Shown piece by piece: positions 26,862-39,386 of a stretch of DNA of 64,000 nucleotides. This DNA is from Octopus sinensis (lineage: Eukaryota). Under the pieces are notes generated by a model, which was not told the DNA's origin, ran no database searches, and saw nothing but the letters and a program-made list of their open reading frames with translations. The position numbers were made by a program, and so were the translations under genes. The DNA is taken from NCBI RefSeq assembly GCF_006345805.1, contig NC_043000.1, forward strand, positions 55,180,001-55,244,000, given 5' to 3'. Within the stretch, counting starts at the first letter, position 1. Every line of letters begins with the position of its first letter.

Positions 26862-26954
26862 TATGATAATAATAATTATATAATAATAACAACAACAACA
26901 ACAACACGATGGTGATGGTGACGGTGATGCTGGAAGAGGAGAAGGAGGATGTAT

Positions 26955-28020
26955 GCATACCGGTTTCGTGAATTTACAAATCATTGCTTTTATTGCCCAT
27001 CGATTAATGAACGGTGTCAAGTCTACTAGACCTTGAGTAAAACGATTAGTGTAAGCGTCGTAAGTAGTTCTGGATTTGGGGCAATTAGGGTACATATAGA
27101 TCTGCAATGTGAATGGTGTATGGTATGTATGAGGGTTAGTGCTATTAATTGAAAGGTTAGTAGTATTCTGTATTATGTTATGTGTTTATATTGAGTTGTG
27201 GAATATATTTATTGATGGAAGTTGGCTCTTTGTTCATTCTTTGTTGCATTGAGGTGCTCTGTGAAAATTGATAGAAGCGGAAAATTAGGAAATTAGTATT
27301 AAGATTCCTAGCACACTTTTCTTTGTGTTCACTAACCTATATCTGTCTGTGTAGTTAATGGTGGGTTTGTTCTTTGTGAAGAGTGATTCTTCGGCAGGGT
27401 GTTATTCCTGTTTGATCAATATAATTATGACCACACCCTAAGCATTTAATGGCATAAATAAGATTTTCCGAGGCGCAGGTGAAGTTTGATTTGATGTTAA
27501 ATATTTCACCTTGGTTAAAGTGGAATTCTGAACCCTCCAAAAGGTGGGGGCATGTACCACAGTTAGGTCGACCACATTTTATCACTCTTTGCTCTGTTGT
27601 TAATGGATATAATCTTGCACTAGTTAAAATATTTCTCAATGATTTGGGTTGCATTTTACTCTTGATAATTTTGTGTGAGCCTAAAATTTTGTTCCTTGTT
27701 TTATCTCATATGAGGGTGGGAGGATTTTGGATGATAGTGATAAAGGCTTCGTTATGTTTGGAGATGATTGGGAGCATTTTTAAGTCTGGTTTAGTATTTT
27801 GGTTGACTTCCATTAATGTTCGTGTATCTATTTCCATAGCTCGTTTAATGCCATCATTAATGATATTGGGTAATGATATTGGGTAATGTCATTTGATTAG
27901 TATTTATCTGAGTTCAAGGAATCTTCGTTCACGATTATAGGTGTTCGAAACAATGGTACAGATTCTTTTCGCTAGATTATAAGGTAAATTAATTTTTCTG
28001 TGTTTGGAGTGCCATGAGTT
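26955..28020 (-). mobile_element. Penelope-like element, 5'-truncated (RT thumb, GIY-YIG endonuclease, 3' UTR)
   Basis: NLPYNLAKRICTIVS (RT thumb); CGRPNCGTCPHL...NFTCASENLIYAIKCLGCGHNYIDQTG (CCCH linker plus GIY-YIG). A degenerate GAAACCGGTA hammerhead remnant lies at 26955-26996. Confidence 0.92.
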
Positions 28021-28284
28021 GAATAATAGGTATTGTTTAGAATCTGTGGGTTTGTAGAAGTTTTCTGTTTCGATATATATATATATATATATATATTCGT
28101 ATTTCGTATCTCATGTTTTCTTTTTTTATATTCTTTAGGTTCCGTGATGTTCTTTGGTCACATATGCATATGCATATATATACTTGCATATGCGTATGTA
28201 TATATGCATACATATATATTATCAGGTCATCCCTTAAGTTCTCTCAGAATTTTGAATAAAGAAAACAGGTGATCAAATGTTATA

Positions 28285-28730
28285 TTTAATTGAAATTTAA
28301 TCATGTATCCACTTTCCCTGATTATCTATGAGTTCCTTCCATCTATTTACAAGGATTTAATCCCATCAATGTAAAACTCTTGATTTCAAAGCGAAGAACT
28401 CTGAAATATCAGTTTCGACCTCCTTCTGGCTTGCGAAAGTTATGTCCCCCAAATGATTCTGTAAACTACGAAAGAAATGGTAGTCTGTAGAAGCAAGGTC
28501 GGGAGAATAAGGTGGACGAGGAATTTGTTTCCCACCAAGCTCTTCGATCTTCTCTAATGTGATCTTTTCAGTGTGGGGTCGCGCATATTCCTGAGGAAAC
28601 ATCACTCCTTTTCGATTCACTAAAGCGTATCTTTTTTCTTCAAAGCTTGGTTCAAACACTCTATTTGCTGACAGTAGACCTGACCATTGATTGTTGTATT
28701 AGATGGTAACAATTCAATGTAAATTACTCG
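28285..28730 (-). mobile_element. Mariner transposase C-terminal fragment
   Basis: YARPHT...PPYSPDLASTDYHFFRSLQNHL...FYIDGIK (YSPDLAP motif). Confidence 0.92.
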
Positions 28731-30653
28731 TTTGCAATCCCACCGTTCGGCATTTGGCAACGTGGCGATGTTATAGATATTGTTTCCTATCCTGACTAAA
28801 TTACTCGAAAAGGATCATCGCCAACGTATTACGATTCGTGATCTACAGATACACTGTTTCGTATATCTCAGTCTTTTCCCTTTCTCTCTCTCTCTCTCTT
28901 TCTCTCTCTTTTGTTGACCTTCTTAACTCTATATCTGTGCCTATCTTCTATAGTGTTCTCAATTAAAGTATCATCCTCGTTTCTGAACTAGAAATCTCCC
29001 TATTAACTATACATTGGCTCACACTCTATTTCTGTCTAACCTAATTGTATCAGTATTTTATTATGGTTCTTTTCATTTCTAAAACCCACAACACTAAATT
29101 CTTTACATAATCTAAATATAGTCATTAACATTTTTCAAATCTAGAATTATAAAAAAAGAGTAATGGGCGCAATACAATTGATGGAATTCATACTTTGTGT
29201 GCGATGTGGAGATGGATAATTGGAAATTAGACAATTGTTACTATAATACTATATATTCTCATAAAGTAATGTACTGGGTGTAGCTATCTTGAAGTTAATA
29301 CCTGTTCTTCGAAGAAACTAGTTGAAGAGTTATGCTACCTAATTGATGAACGTCATCACATTATTTCACTGCAGAATATAAGTTAATTTACGCGTGTTAG
29401 ATTTAATAAAATGTTATAATAATGAAATTCCAACTTAAAAGAGAATGCAATTCATAATTTCTTTTTACGAAGCCAATGACTAAGAGCGTAGAACTATCAT
29501 TATTGGTAGGTTCTTTGACAAATATTCAAATTGCCTTAGATTCTGAAAGCGATAAAAGTCAAAGTACCAATTAGTGATGATGCAAGAAGTTTTCAATTCG
29601 ATTTGTATTATGTCATTAAATATTATCGTATTCTGTGTTATACCTTTACAGTTCTATCAGCAGTTGTCAGGATTTGTTAGAGAAAAAGAAAACAAGTTCA
29701 ATAAGGATTAATTACTTTATTAACTGGAGCTAAGACAACGGCATTAAAAACTTTCAAAGGTTAAAAGAAATAATTTTGCTGAAATTTGATTAGCTATAAT
29801 AAAAAGAGTACCTTTTATAACTTATTTTGTCTTTTATTCAATATAATGTATTTCATAAGATTGTTCTATGCTTATTTTATTGCAACTGGAATACCTACAC
29901 TGAATAATGATTTCATGTATACTAAAATTGAATATACTTCTAACTTTGTTAATTCTAGACTGCTGCAACGATAAACCCAATTGATATCAATGTTAATCAG
30001 CAATAAAATAAATCAAAATATTCGATTAGTACGTTGGCACAAGGCGACACATTTATAGAGGAATGGGAATGCTTTAGTAGATTAAATCGACTCCTAGAAC
30101 ATCATCAAAATTGACGGCAGTGTTTACTATTGTAAGACATTTACACCGAATGAATAACAACGTAGCCAAATTTTAAAGGAGTATTTTTACCATACTATTC
30201 TAATATTCTTCCGATGTTCTACCTCATACATTCTAGAGAATTTGTGTGAATCCATTCTTAAAAGAATTAGAATTATATCCATAGCTATATACTTGTTTTC
30301 TTAAGGCTTTTAACATTACCATTTTTCAAATACGCAAGCAGTGATGTATTTTGCTGGCATGAAATTTGTTTCTTTTCTAAAATATGTCAAACATTATCAG
30401 GAAGATAATTAAGGAGTTTCACATAAAGGTGAGTTTTATAATCACTTAAATACACATCGCATTTATCGTACCACTCTTAGTTCTGTTTTATCAACACACA
30501 CACACACACACACATGCACGCACAACATTCACACACACACAAACGCACGCAAACACACAAACGCATGCACATACATAAAAACATATATTCTACCACAAGT
30601 CGACAGTCCAATATTAAGCACTCTTGTTCAGGTCATCACAACATACCTACTGT

Positions 30654-30692
<39 letters not shown>

Positions 30693-30824
30693 AAACAGAA
30701 AGCGAAAGAGAGACAAACGGGCAGACCTCATTGATGGAATTAATTTTCACCTATAACAATAATTGTATCCTGAAGAGTTCCTAAATGGAGAATGCCGACA
30801 AAGATTATTATCATTATTATTATT

Positions 30825-31355
30825 GAGTGAGAGAGCAGTGCATGCCATCAAACTAACACTGGGGTAAAATGTACGAAGCCCAGTATACCCATCATGACTA
30901 CCCGTCTGATAAGGGTACACTAGGCACATGCATCACAACCATATGTGCGCGACATGGTGATCTCATATCAAGATAAACAGCACATGACCTTGCAGGTGGG
31001 GCCCAGTTAGAATTTTCTTCAGGTTGAGTAACCCATCCCACTCGAAAGGTCCCTGAATAAGGGTTGTTTAAAGATGTTGAACGAAACACCCATGTTTCCA
31101 GAAGTGAATTATTTAAACCCCAAAGAATCCCTCTCAACACATGGCTATGATGCTCCCCCACTACTTCTGCTCGTGATCAGAAATGCACATATCGTCAGCC
31201 ACCAAGGGACATACTCAACTGTTTAAGGTCAAAAAACTGACAAGCAAATCTGTGGTATTGAGCAGAATATTTGCTTTAGCCCATCTTTTATACCAAGACA
31301 AAACAATGTACATGATAACACTTCCAATCAGTTAAGATCAGAAGCCATGAGAGCC
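30825..31355 (-). mobile_element. Family D element, copy 2
   Basis: Reverse complement of 8854-9384; it lacks the terminal ~23 bp of copy 1 and is flanked by (ATT)n on both sides. Confidence 0.85.
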
Positions 31356-31411
<56 letters not shown>

Positions 31412-31701
31412 TGTTGTCTTCATCTGACCCTAAGCCTTTATTCTGTTTATTGTTATGTCTCTCGTCCTTCCATTCACGGTCTCGTCTCGAGCCCGTCTCG
31501 TTTTGTTATGCTTTGGACCCATTCCCGGCAAGGTTTTGCCGGTGCCTCTAGAATGGAGGTAATATATTCGATAATGGCTGAAATTGCAATTGACACTCTG
31601 GCCGATATCTGATTGGATGTTGGTGACCCATTGTGGCTTCTGTTCCCCTATGTATTTAATATATGTCCGCTTGTTTATTTACTACACGTCTTTTTTAATT
31701 T

Positions 31702-31746
<45 letters not shown>

Positions 31747-31885
31747 ATAGAGAGAGAGAGAGAGAGAAATAGAGGTATGTCATATTCTCCGTTTGTTGTC
31801 TTCTTTGTATTTAATCCTGAAAAAATATATACATATACATGCACATATATACACACACGCACACACACATACATATATACTATTA

Positions 31886-32273
31886 ACTCTTTTACTTGTT
31901 TCAGTCATTTGACTGTGGCACTGCTGGAGCACCGCCTTTAGTCGAGCAAATCGACGCCAGGACTTATTCTTTGTAAACCTACTACTTTTTCTATCGGACT
32001 CTTTTGTCCGAACCGCTAAGTTACGGGGACGTAAACCCACCACCATCGGTTGTCAAGCGATGTTGGAGGGACAAGCACACATTGACAAACATATACACGC
32101 ATATCATATACATATATATGACAGGCTTCTTTCAGTTTCCATCTATCACATCCACTCACAAGACTTTGGTCGGCCCGAGGCTATAGTAGAAGATACTTTC
32201 ACAAGGTGCCACGCAGTGGGACTGAACCCGAAACAATGTGGTTCGTAAGCAAGGTACTTATCACACAGCCATG
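31886..32273 (-). mobile_element. SINE B, full length (tRNA head, CORE-like CCTTG(G/T)G(C/A)AAGT motif, internal microsatellite, tail)
   Basis: Minus strand: TGGCTGTGTGATAAG...GGGTTCAGTCCCAC (A/B boxes), then GTGGCACCTTGTGAAAGT. It resembles the OR-type octopus CORE-SINEs as I recall them. Confidence 0.85.
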
Positions 32274-34354
32274 TCTATATATATATATATATCTATGTAT
32301 ATACACATATGTGTGTGCGTGTGTTTGTGTATATATACACACAGAAACATTATGTAGGCGATATTATCACCCAAGACGTTACAATCGAATTTCTTTCTTC
32401 AAGTGCTTCAATTCTATTTATGTACTAGATTGCGGACATTTATTAATGGTTTTTCCCTTTCTGTTGTTGCGCCTTTTTCTATCATTAATCAAGCTATCGG
32501 CATTTTTTGTTTGACACAAGTACGCTAGCATTCTTAACTTTTCTTTACACTATTCTTTCAAGGTTCATTAGCCTATATTTTTTGTTTATAATGCAAAGCG
32601 TAATACAATAAATCTAATCGTAATACTCTGTTGTACTATATTTCATGAGAAGATATGTAGAATAAAAAATAAGTTGCTTGTTGATATTTTTGTAAAGGGG
32701 AAATACACAATGCAGACAGCTTAGATCACGCACCATTGCAAGAAAGTGTTATGAATGTACTACAGAAATATATTATCGTAGTACCAGAAACAATAAATCT
32801 CAAACGAACATCGTTTACCAATAAAAAACCTTACCAGTAACATAGGATTCATAATGTATCTATTTATACTGCAAATCCATCATTGCAGCTATTAATTCCC
32901 AATCAGCTTCAATGATCACGCTATACATTCGCATGAAGGAACCCTCCACGTGGTCGCTTGAGTTGCAAGATATAGAAAACACTCACTTAAATCGAAACTT
33001 AAAGATATTAAGCAAGTATATATTGTATTATGTGTTCATAGGACAAAGTGTTCGGGAGTAGGATGGATAGATGTTCAGACGAATATCTTTAAATTATCGA
33101 TGTACTCAATACGGTTTAGTGTGGATTTAATAATCAACGGTAGCTACTCAAATATTAAATTGATTTCTAAAGCACTAGTCGAATGATAGATCTTAAATAT
33201 AACATAATGATTTTAAATCGAACTTACCGATTAATATTCGTGTAGACATAATATGTCTTTAATAGCTGATAGAATTTTTCCCTTTTTTTTGTAAATTAAG
33301 AATAACACTAGAAAATGTTGAAAAAGGAACTGAAGAATTCCCTCGTCGAGCACGAAGAAATGTAAACCTAAACTTCCCGGCTAATAAAAAACAGTTATAT
33401 ATGTATATATGTAAGTATGTATGTATGTATAAGATACGTTTGAATTAGGTACTTAAATTGAGACCCTTTGTTAGATCGATCTAATTTGTACACACGAACA
33501 ATATCAGGTGAATATAAAACTCCGTGCAGAAGTGTTTTCACTTGATATTCTTGCTGTGTATGCACATAACACGACCTAACTTAGTGCAGAGATCCGCTCT
33601 TGGAAAATGGTTTCTTTTGCAACAGTTTAATGATTTCATTAATCAACTAAAGAAGTACATCTTTGTTACTCATTTATATATATGATTGCATGCATGTATG
33701 TATGTATATGTGCGTATTTGTGTATGTATGTTTGTATGAATATGTGCATACGTGTCTATGTGTGTATGTGTATCATGTATGTTTCTCTGCATATATTAAT
33801 GTATGTGTGCTTAAATGTATGTGTATATAGAGGGTGGTAGATATACATACAGTTATATCTATCAACCTATAGGCTGTAGAAAATTTAGTAACAGAAATAA
33901 ATAGTTCGTCCTTTTGTAATAGAAGCCAAAGTTAACAAGTTCAGCATTCAAAATAATTTCAAAGGCAGAGGTAATACTAAGTTCTCAGAAATTTTTAAAT
34001 GATCATGAGACAATTTGGTTTTTATCTTCTCTTAAATTCCGGCCTTCTTTTAGAACGCCTTTTGTTTTAGATCAATGTATAGACGTAAGTATACTGTAGA
34101 GTGTTAATATGTATGTATAATATATTAGATATATATATTATAAAATTATGTTAGTGTTACTTAATTTCTGAACGGTTTTGCTGCCGATTATTGATATAGT
34201 TTGATTTCTTTATTCATCAGGTTCTCAAAGATAGAGACACGAGTAAAATTAATAACAGAAAAAGGAAAATAAAACTTTGGAAACAGCCTAAAGGGAGATA
34301 ATTGAATAAGACTTGAAAGTCAACGTAAGATCGTAATCATGTAAAGTAGATATA

Positions 34355-34548
34355 CCAAATAATCCAGAATCCTTGTCCGGTACCGGATCAGTCCCAGAAT
34401 CTAATCATTTTGTAACAGTCACTAGGCCAAACTTTCCTGAAAATTTCATACAAATCCATCCAGCGGTTCTTGAGATATCTTTCCCAGAGATGGACAAACA
34501 ATCACGACTAAAAACAATATCCTCACCTTCGCTAAGGCGGGGTTAATA
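34355..34548 (+). mobile_element. Helentron-associated (HINE/DINE-1-like) non-autonomous element, 3' end
   Basis: GAAAATTTCATACAAATCCATCCAGCGGTTCTTGAGAT motif, palindrome TCCGGTACCGGA, and a subterminal hairpin CCTCACCTT-CGCT-AAGGCGGGG followed by TAATAA. Confidence 0.55.
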
Positions 34549-34804
34549 AGGATATAAAATATATATGTATGCGCATATGTATGCCGGAAAAGGTGGGAGA
34601 GAAGGGAGAGAGGGGAGACAGAGGAGAGAGAGGGGAGACAGAGACAGAGAGTCTGTATGCGTGTATTTATGTATCAATATTTTGTAACAAACGACAACTG
34701 CCTTCACTGTTAAAAGCAAGATAAGTAAATCAGAGTTGTGCAATCAAGAGGTTCGATTCGCAATCACGTGATCTCGTATTCTATCCCAGGTGATCTCGTA
34801 TTCT

Positions 34805-35403
34805 ATGCCCTCAATAAAAATAAATATATTTAAAGGGAATAATTAATAATTTTTTTCCCCTTATGAGGTTTTTCACGCTAACTACTTGATAAATTCTTAT
34901 AAAGATTTTATAGGATACAATCTTAAATTGTAAATTTAACCGGAATATATTCAGTGCTGAATTTTATTCTGAATAAACACGTGTACCAAGATGCCATTCG
35001 AAAAGCCAGCCTATTACATAGATATATGAGTGTGAACAATTCTATGTACTATGCTCTATACATTTGGTGTTCATCTGGTATGTTAATATTTTGTTCATTT
35101 TTATCTGCCTTGATTATGCCTGCACTGACGATTAAAATTCATTTTTGTGCACTACTTATGAAATCATACGATCTGCGGCTGAATCTGTATCTTAAAGGCT
35201 CGATTTGAAAGTTGCATTCCGTCGCGTTCGGTACAATGTGTTTATTATGATAGTTTTGATTCTAAGATTCTCTCCTAGTGTGAGGCATTTATGTATCGTA
35301 ATGCCCTTAATATAAATAAATATATTTAAAGGGAATAATTAGTAATTGTTTCCCTTATGAGGCTTTTCACGCTAACTGCTTGACAAATTCTTATAAAGAT
35401 TTA
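34805..35403 (+). repeat. ~103-bp direct repeat, two copies ~496 bp apart
   Basis: 34805-34908 versus 35301-35403, about nine differences by eye. Confidence 0.85.
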
Positions 35404-36265
35404 TCCTATTTTTAAATTGTATATATATATGCGTGTGTTTTGTGTGTGTGAATGTCTGTGTTTGTCACCATACCGCTTGATAACCGGTGTTGCTTTGCAT
35501 ATGTTTCTATATCTTAAAGCTTCGCACAAACAACGATAGCTTAAGGACCAGAAATATTGGAACTATGAGTACTGCGATCAATTGCTTCGATTAAATTTAT
35601 CATGACCGCAGTTCAATGACTGCAATAGGGAGAAAATGCCGATATCAACAATATTCGGGAACAAGTCGGACAATTATTTTTCTTATAGATCTCTTTCGAG
35701 AAAATTCTTCATTTGAAATCTGATCAGATAGAATCCTCTTTAACGGATATCGTATACAATTTTACATTTTATTTCTTTGACAGTATAGCATGTTTCTATT
35801 ATTTGAGCGAATAAATACAACGATATTATAGAGGCAAAACTTTATCTTGTTAATATCGTGTGTGTTCAAAAGGAAAATCATATTATATTCAACGCTGGTA
35901 ATCGGAATATTGGAGCTTATAATATGCATATATTATGTGTCACCAGCTTTATCCTGTAGCTTAAAACCAAGCAGAAAGCATACTTTAGATCAAACTAATT
36001 TCCCAAGGGGTGTAAGCCTAATATAAATATCAGATTCTTGTAATGTTGAAACAAGATTGTATCTGCTTAATTCAATATTGAAAGTACAGCCACATTATGC
36101 TCATGTCACAACAATAGTGGAGGGTGGAATGACGAGAAACAAAATTATATGCGACTAAACAAATATATGCAGATTATGTAAATTCAATAAACACATACAT
36201 ATCAAGCTGTGTGCACATGCATATGTTCATGCATGTATATTCAAAAACACAAGTCACACACACAA

Positions 36266-36314
<49 letters not shown>

Positions 36315-37112
36315 CATACACAGACAAAGGAGGGATAGATAGATAGATTGATAGATTCATAGATACATGGATAGATTTATATACATACATATATACATTC
36401 ATACTACATGGATGAAGACATCCATAAGTACATGTATACATTACATTGCACACATAGAATACATACATATTTACATATATACATATATACTTATGAAAGC
36501 GACTGATAATGAAAAGCTGAAATTAACATTCTAATTGAAAGATACATTTTGAAGCTCCTAATATTGAAACTGTGCATCTCTTGAACCACATCAATAACAT
36601 TATCATAACATATTCTAGTGTCGATAGTTGCAAATGAAAACATGATTTCTGATAAACGAAATAAACTTCATGTAATCAGAAGTAAAATTTACTCAGTCAC
36701 ATTTATAATATTTAGAACAGGAATGCGTCTTACGTAAATCTTACGTAAACATTATTGAATAGTCGAGAACTTCAACTTTATAAATAGAAATACTATATAA
36801 TGTATAAGTTTATCAAAATAATTTTTAGGTTTCCTCGATTATATACATTAAAAAAATATATATATTGCATTAAATATATTTTGCTCTTTAAAACCGACCA
36901 ATTTGACATTTTATTTCCATGGCTTGCTTTTGACAGAAATAATTTTCGTTTGTTTTCTAGTATTAATGTAAGAGTCTGTGTTTTGCACAGGGAGTTATTA
37001 TTTCTGAGGAAATGGGTTTTTCTATGTGCAGCTGTCGTCTGGCTATGTGTTTTCGACATATAGTGACAATTACCAAACAATTATTTGTGACTTTATTTGC
37101 TAGCATGTGTTT

Positions 37113-37174
37113 AGCCACGAGCCAACCAAAGCCTTGTGTGTGTATTTAGTAGACGGAAATTGAAAGAAGCCCTC

Positions 37175-37212
<38 letters not shown>

Positions 37213-37470
37213 GTGTGTCTGAGTGTATATGTATGTATGTATGTATATATGTATGTGTGTCTATGTTTGTCCTCCTTCCACGATTGATAACCGGTGATGG
37301 TGTGTTTATGTCCCTGTAACTTACCAGTTTGGCAAAAGAAATCGTTAGAATAAGTACCAGGCTTAAAAAACAAAGATGTACTGGGGTTGATACATTCGAC
37401 TATAAGTTCGTCAAGGAGGTGCCCCAGCATGGTCGCGGTCCTATGACTGAAACAAGTAGTAAATGAAAGA
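37113..37470 (+). mobile_element. SINE B lacking the tRNA head
   Basis: CCAAAGCCTTGTG...GACGGAAATTGAAAGAAGCCC, then a microsatellite, then the family B tail. Confidence 0.8.
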
Positions 37471-38038
37471 TACTTCGAGAGGTTGTGTTACATGATTCTA
37501 TTGTATATTGTATTTTACATAAAATTAAGCAGGATGAAATTATCCTCATATGTGAAAATCGACTTATATATACTTCATATATTTGAAGTATTCAGTTAAA
37601 TATGAACTCTATATGTTATTTCCTTGTCAATTAGATATTACGCACGAGGATGCGCTTAAGAAGTAAATCCTATAATTTCCCTGATAAATTCGATATTTAA
37701 CTTACTTTACAACTTTTATGCAAAGTTAGGCAATAAAGAGAGCATCTCAAAGTGTTTCGTTGAATCCCCAACACAGAATTTACTCTGGACTACAATTTCA
37801 GAGCAAAAATATCCAAGGGAAACATCTACAACTCCTGCCTCACAATACTGCGCTGAATATGTATGCGTGTAAATGTAATAGGGAAATATATATCCATACA
37901 GCAAATAAATATAGGTACAAAGAACAAGATACGAGCAAAGATAATGAAAGTTGTATAATTAGATGGTATAGAGGTGAAAGTATTTTATTGATATTTCAAA
38001 CTATTTACTGTTTCATTTCGAAACAAGGAGAAGAACAG

Positions 38039-38071
<33 letters not shown>

Positions 38072-38250
38072 TCGAAAATAATTCCGTCTTAATCACAATT
38101 GCATCACTATTAAAATGGGCGCAAGTAAGGGAATCGAATGTGAATTTCAAGGTAGACAGTCTCAAATGTGTGTGTTTGAATGTTAACTGAGTGTGACTTA
38201 TACAATTCAATGAGTTTTCTATATTTTCTTACAAATATGTGTGTGTGTGT

Positions 38251-38993
38251 GTTGTGCAATCAAATATGTTGCATCGATCTGTGCTGTTTGTGTCTCATCA
38301 GGTACATGCATACATTAAATAGTGCCCCGCTAAAAAATTAAGTTGATATCATAAAAAATAATCATAAACATAAAATAATAAACCATAAAAGATATAAATA
38401 TACATAAGAAACAAATAAAGGGAGGGTTAAACATTTTAAAGAAAGGGTAGATTGAGTCTTTAAACTCAATACAATATAATATTTCTTTCACATGTCTTAC
38501 CCTCTCTCTATTTTATTTATATATCTATTTTTCATATAGATATTTTATATATAGTATTTATAGTTTATACTTTTTTCTGTTTACGATTACTTTGTTGTGA
38601 ATATTTAACATAAAGACAGCTGTAGCTAGCCCCATTCGCTGATACAACGGGCAAACATCAATATGACTGCGGAAACTCAATATATTTAGCGGGATACCAC
38701 TTTATGTATGCACGTACCTGATGAGACCCAGACTGATTGATGCAACACGGATGCACAAACATACCACCAATAAAGGACAGTCGCAGGCGGGGTAGAAACG
38801 ATCGTCGTACTGAATGCTAAATTCATTTTCCGCTTTATTCATCATATTATATTTATCTCAACAAACAATGCGGAATAGCTGAAGTAGATTCAGCGGAAAT
38901 ATATCCCAGTCGTGGATGACACCAGGTAGCTCAAACTGTGAACGTGCTTTACACAACACACTAATTGATATATACCCATTGATCCCAAAAATT
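38251..38993 (+). mobile_element. Fold-back element with outward-pointing hammerhead-type arms, copy 2 (opposite orientation to copy 1)
   Basis: 38251-38335 is an inverted repeat of 38683-38760. The spacer has its own dyad (ATTGAGT/ACTCAAT near 38462). 38630-38993 is homologous to the reverse complement of 14200-14575. Confidence 0.75.
38714..38810 (+). ncRNA. Type I hammerhead ribozyme motif, near-canonical
   Basis: GTAC-CTGATGA-GACCC...GGGTA-GAAAC-GATC-GTC-GTAC. Core boxes are intact, helix I is GTAC/GTAC, loop III is the palindrome GATC and the GUC site ends at 38806. There is one mismatch, G38725/A38794, at the base of helix II. Confidence 0.7.
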
Positions 38994-39024
38994 ACACACA
39001 TACACACATACACACTCACACACA

Positions 39025-39074
<50 letters not shown>

Positions 39075-39100
39075 ACATATTATATATACATATACACTTT

Positions 39101-39248
39101 TTTATTAAAGCTTCAAAAACATCACAAAAAATCACAAAAAGCTGCTACTCAGAATCACAACTGTGATACCACATCGCAAATGTTCGAAAAAATCTGAGTA
39201 GCAGTTTTGGTAATATTTTTGTGATGTTTTTAACGCTTTAATAATAAA
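39101..39248. mobile_element. Small fold-back MITE (~52-bp arms, ~39-bp loop)
   Basis: TTTATTAAAGC..AAAAACATCACAAAAA...CTGCTACTCAGA pairs with TCTGAGTAGCAG...TTTTTGTGATGTTTTT..GCTTTAATAA. Confidence 0.8.
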
Positions 39249-39324
39249 GCATATTATTCTACCTCCAATTTTGGAGTACAATTTTTCCCACCTTGTTTCA
39301 CATCTATATGCTTACACTGGTATA

Positions 39325-39386
<62 letters not shown>

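Noticed and set aside
32190-32273. tRNA-like A/B boxes here and in other SINE heads
   Set aside because: No complete cloverleaf, and they run into SINE core sequence, so they are not tRNA genes.
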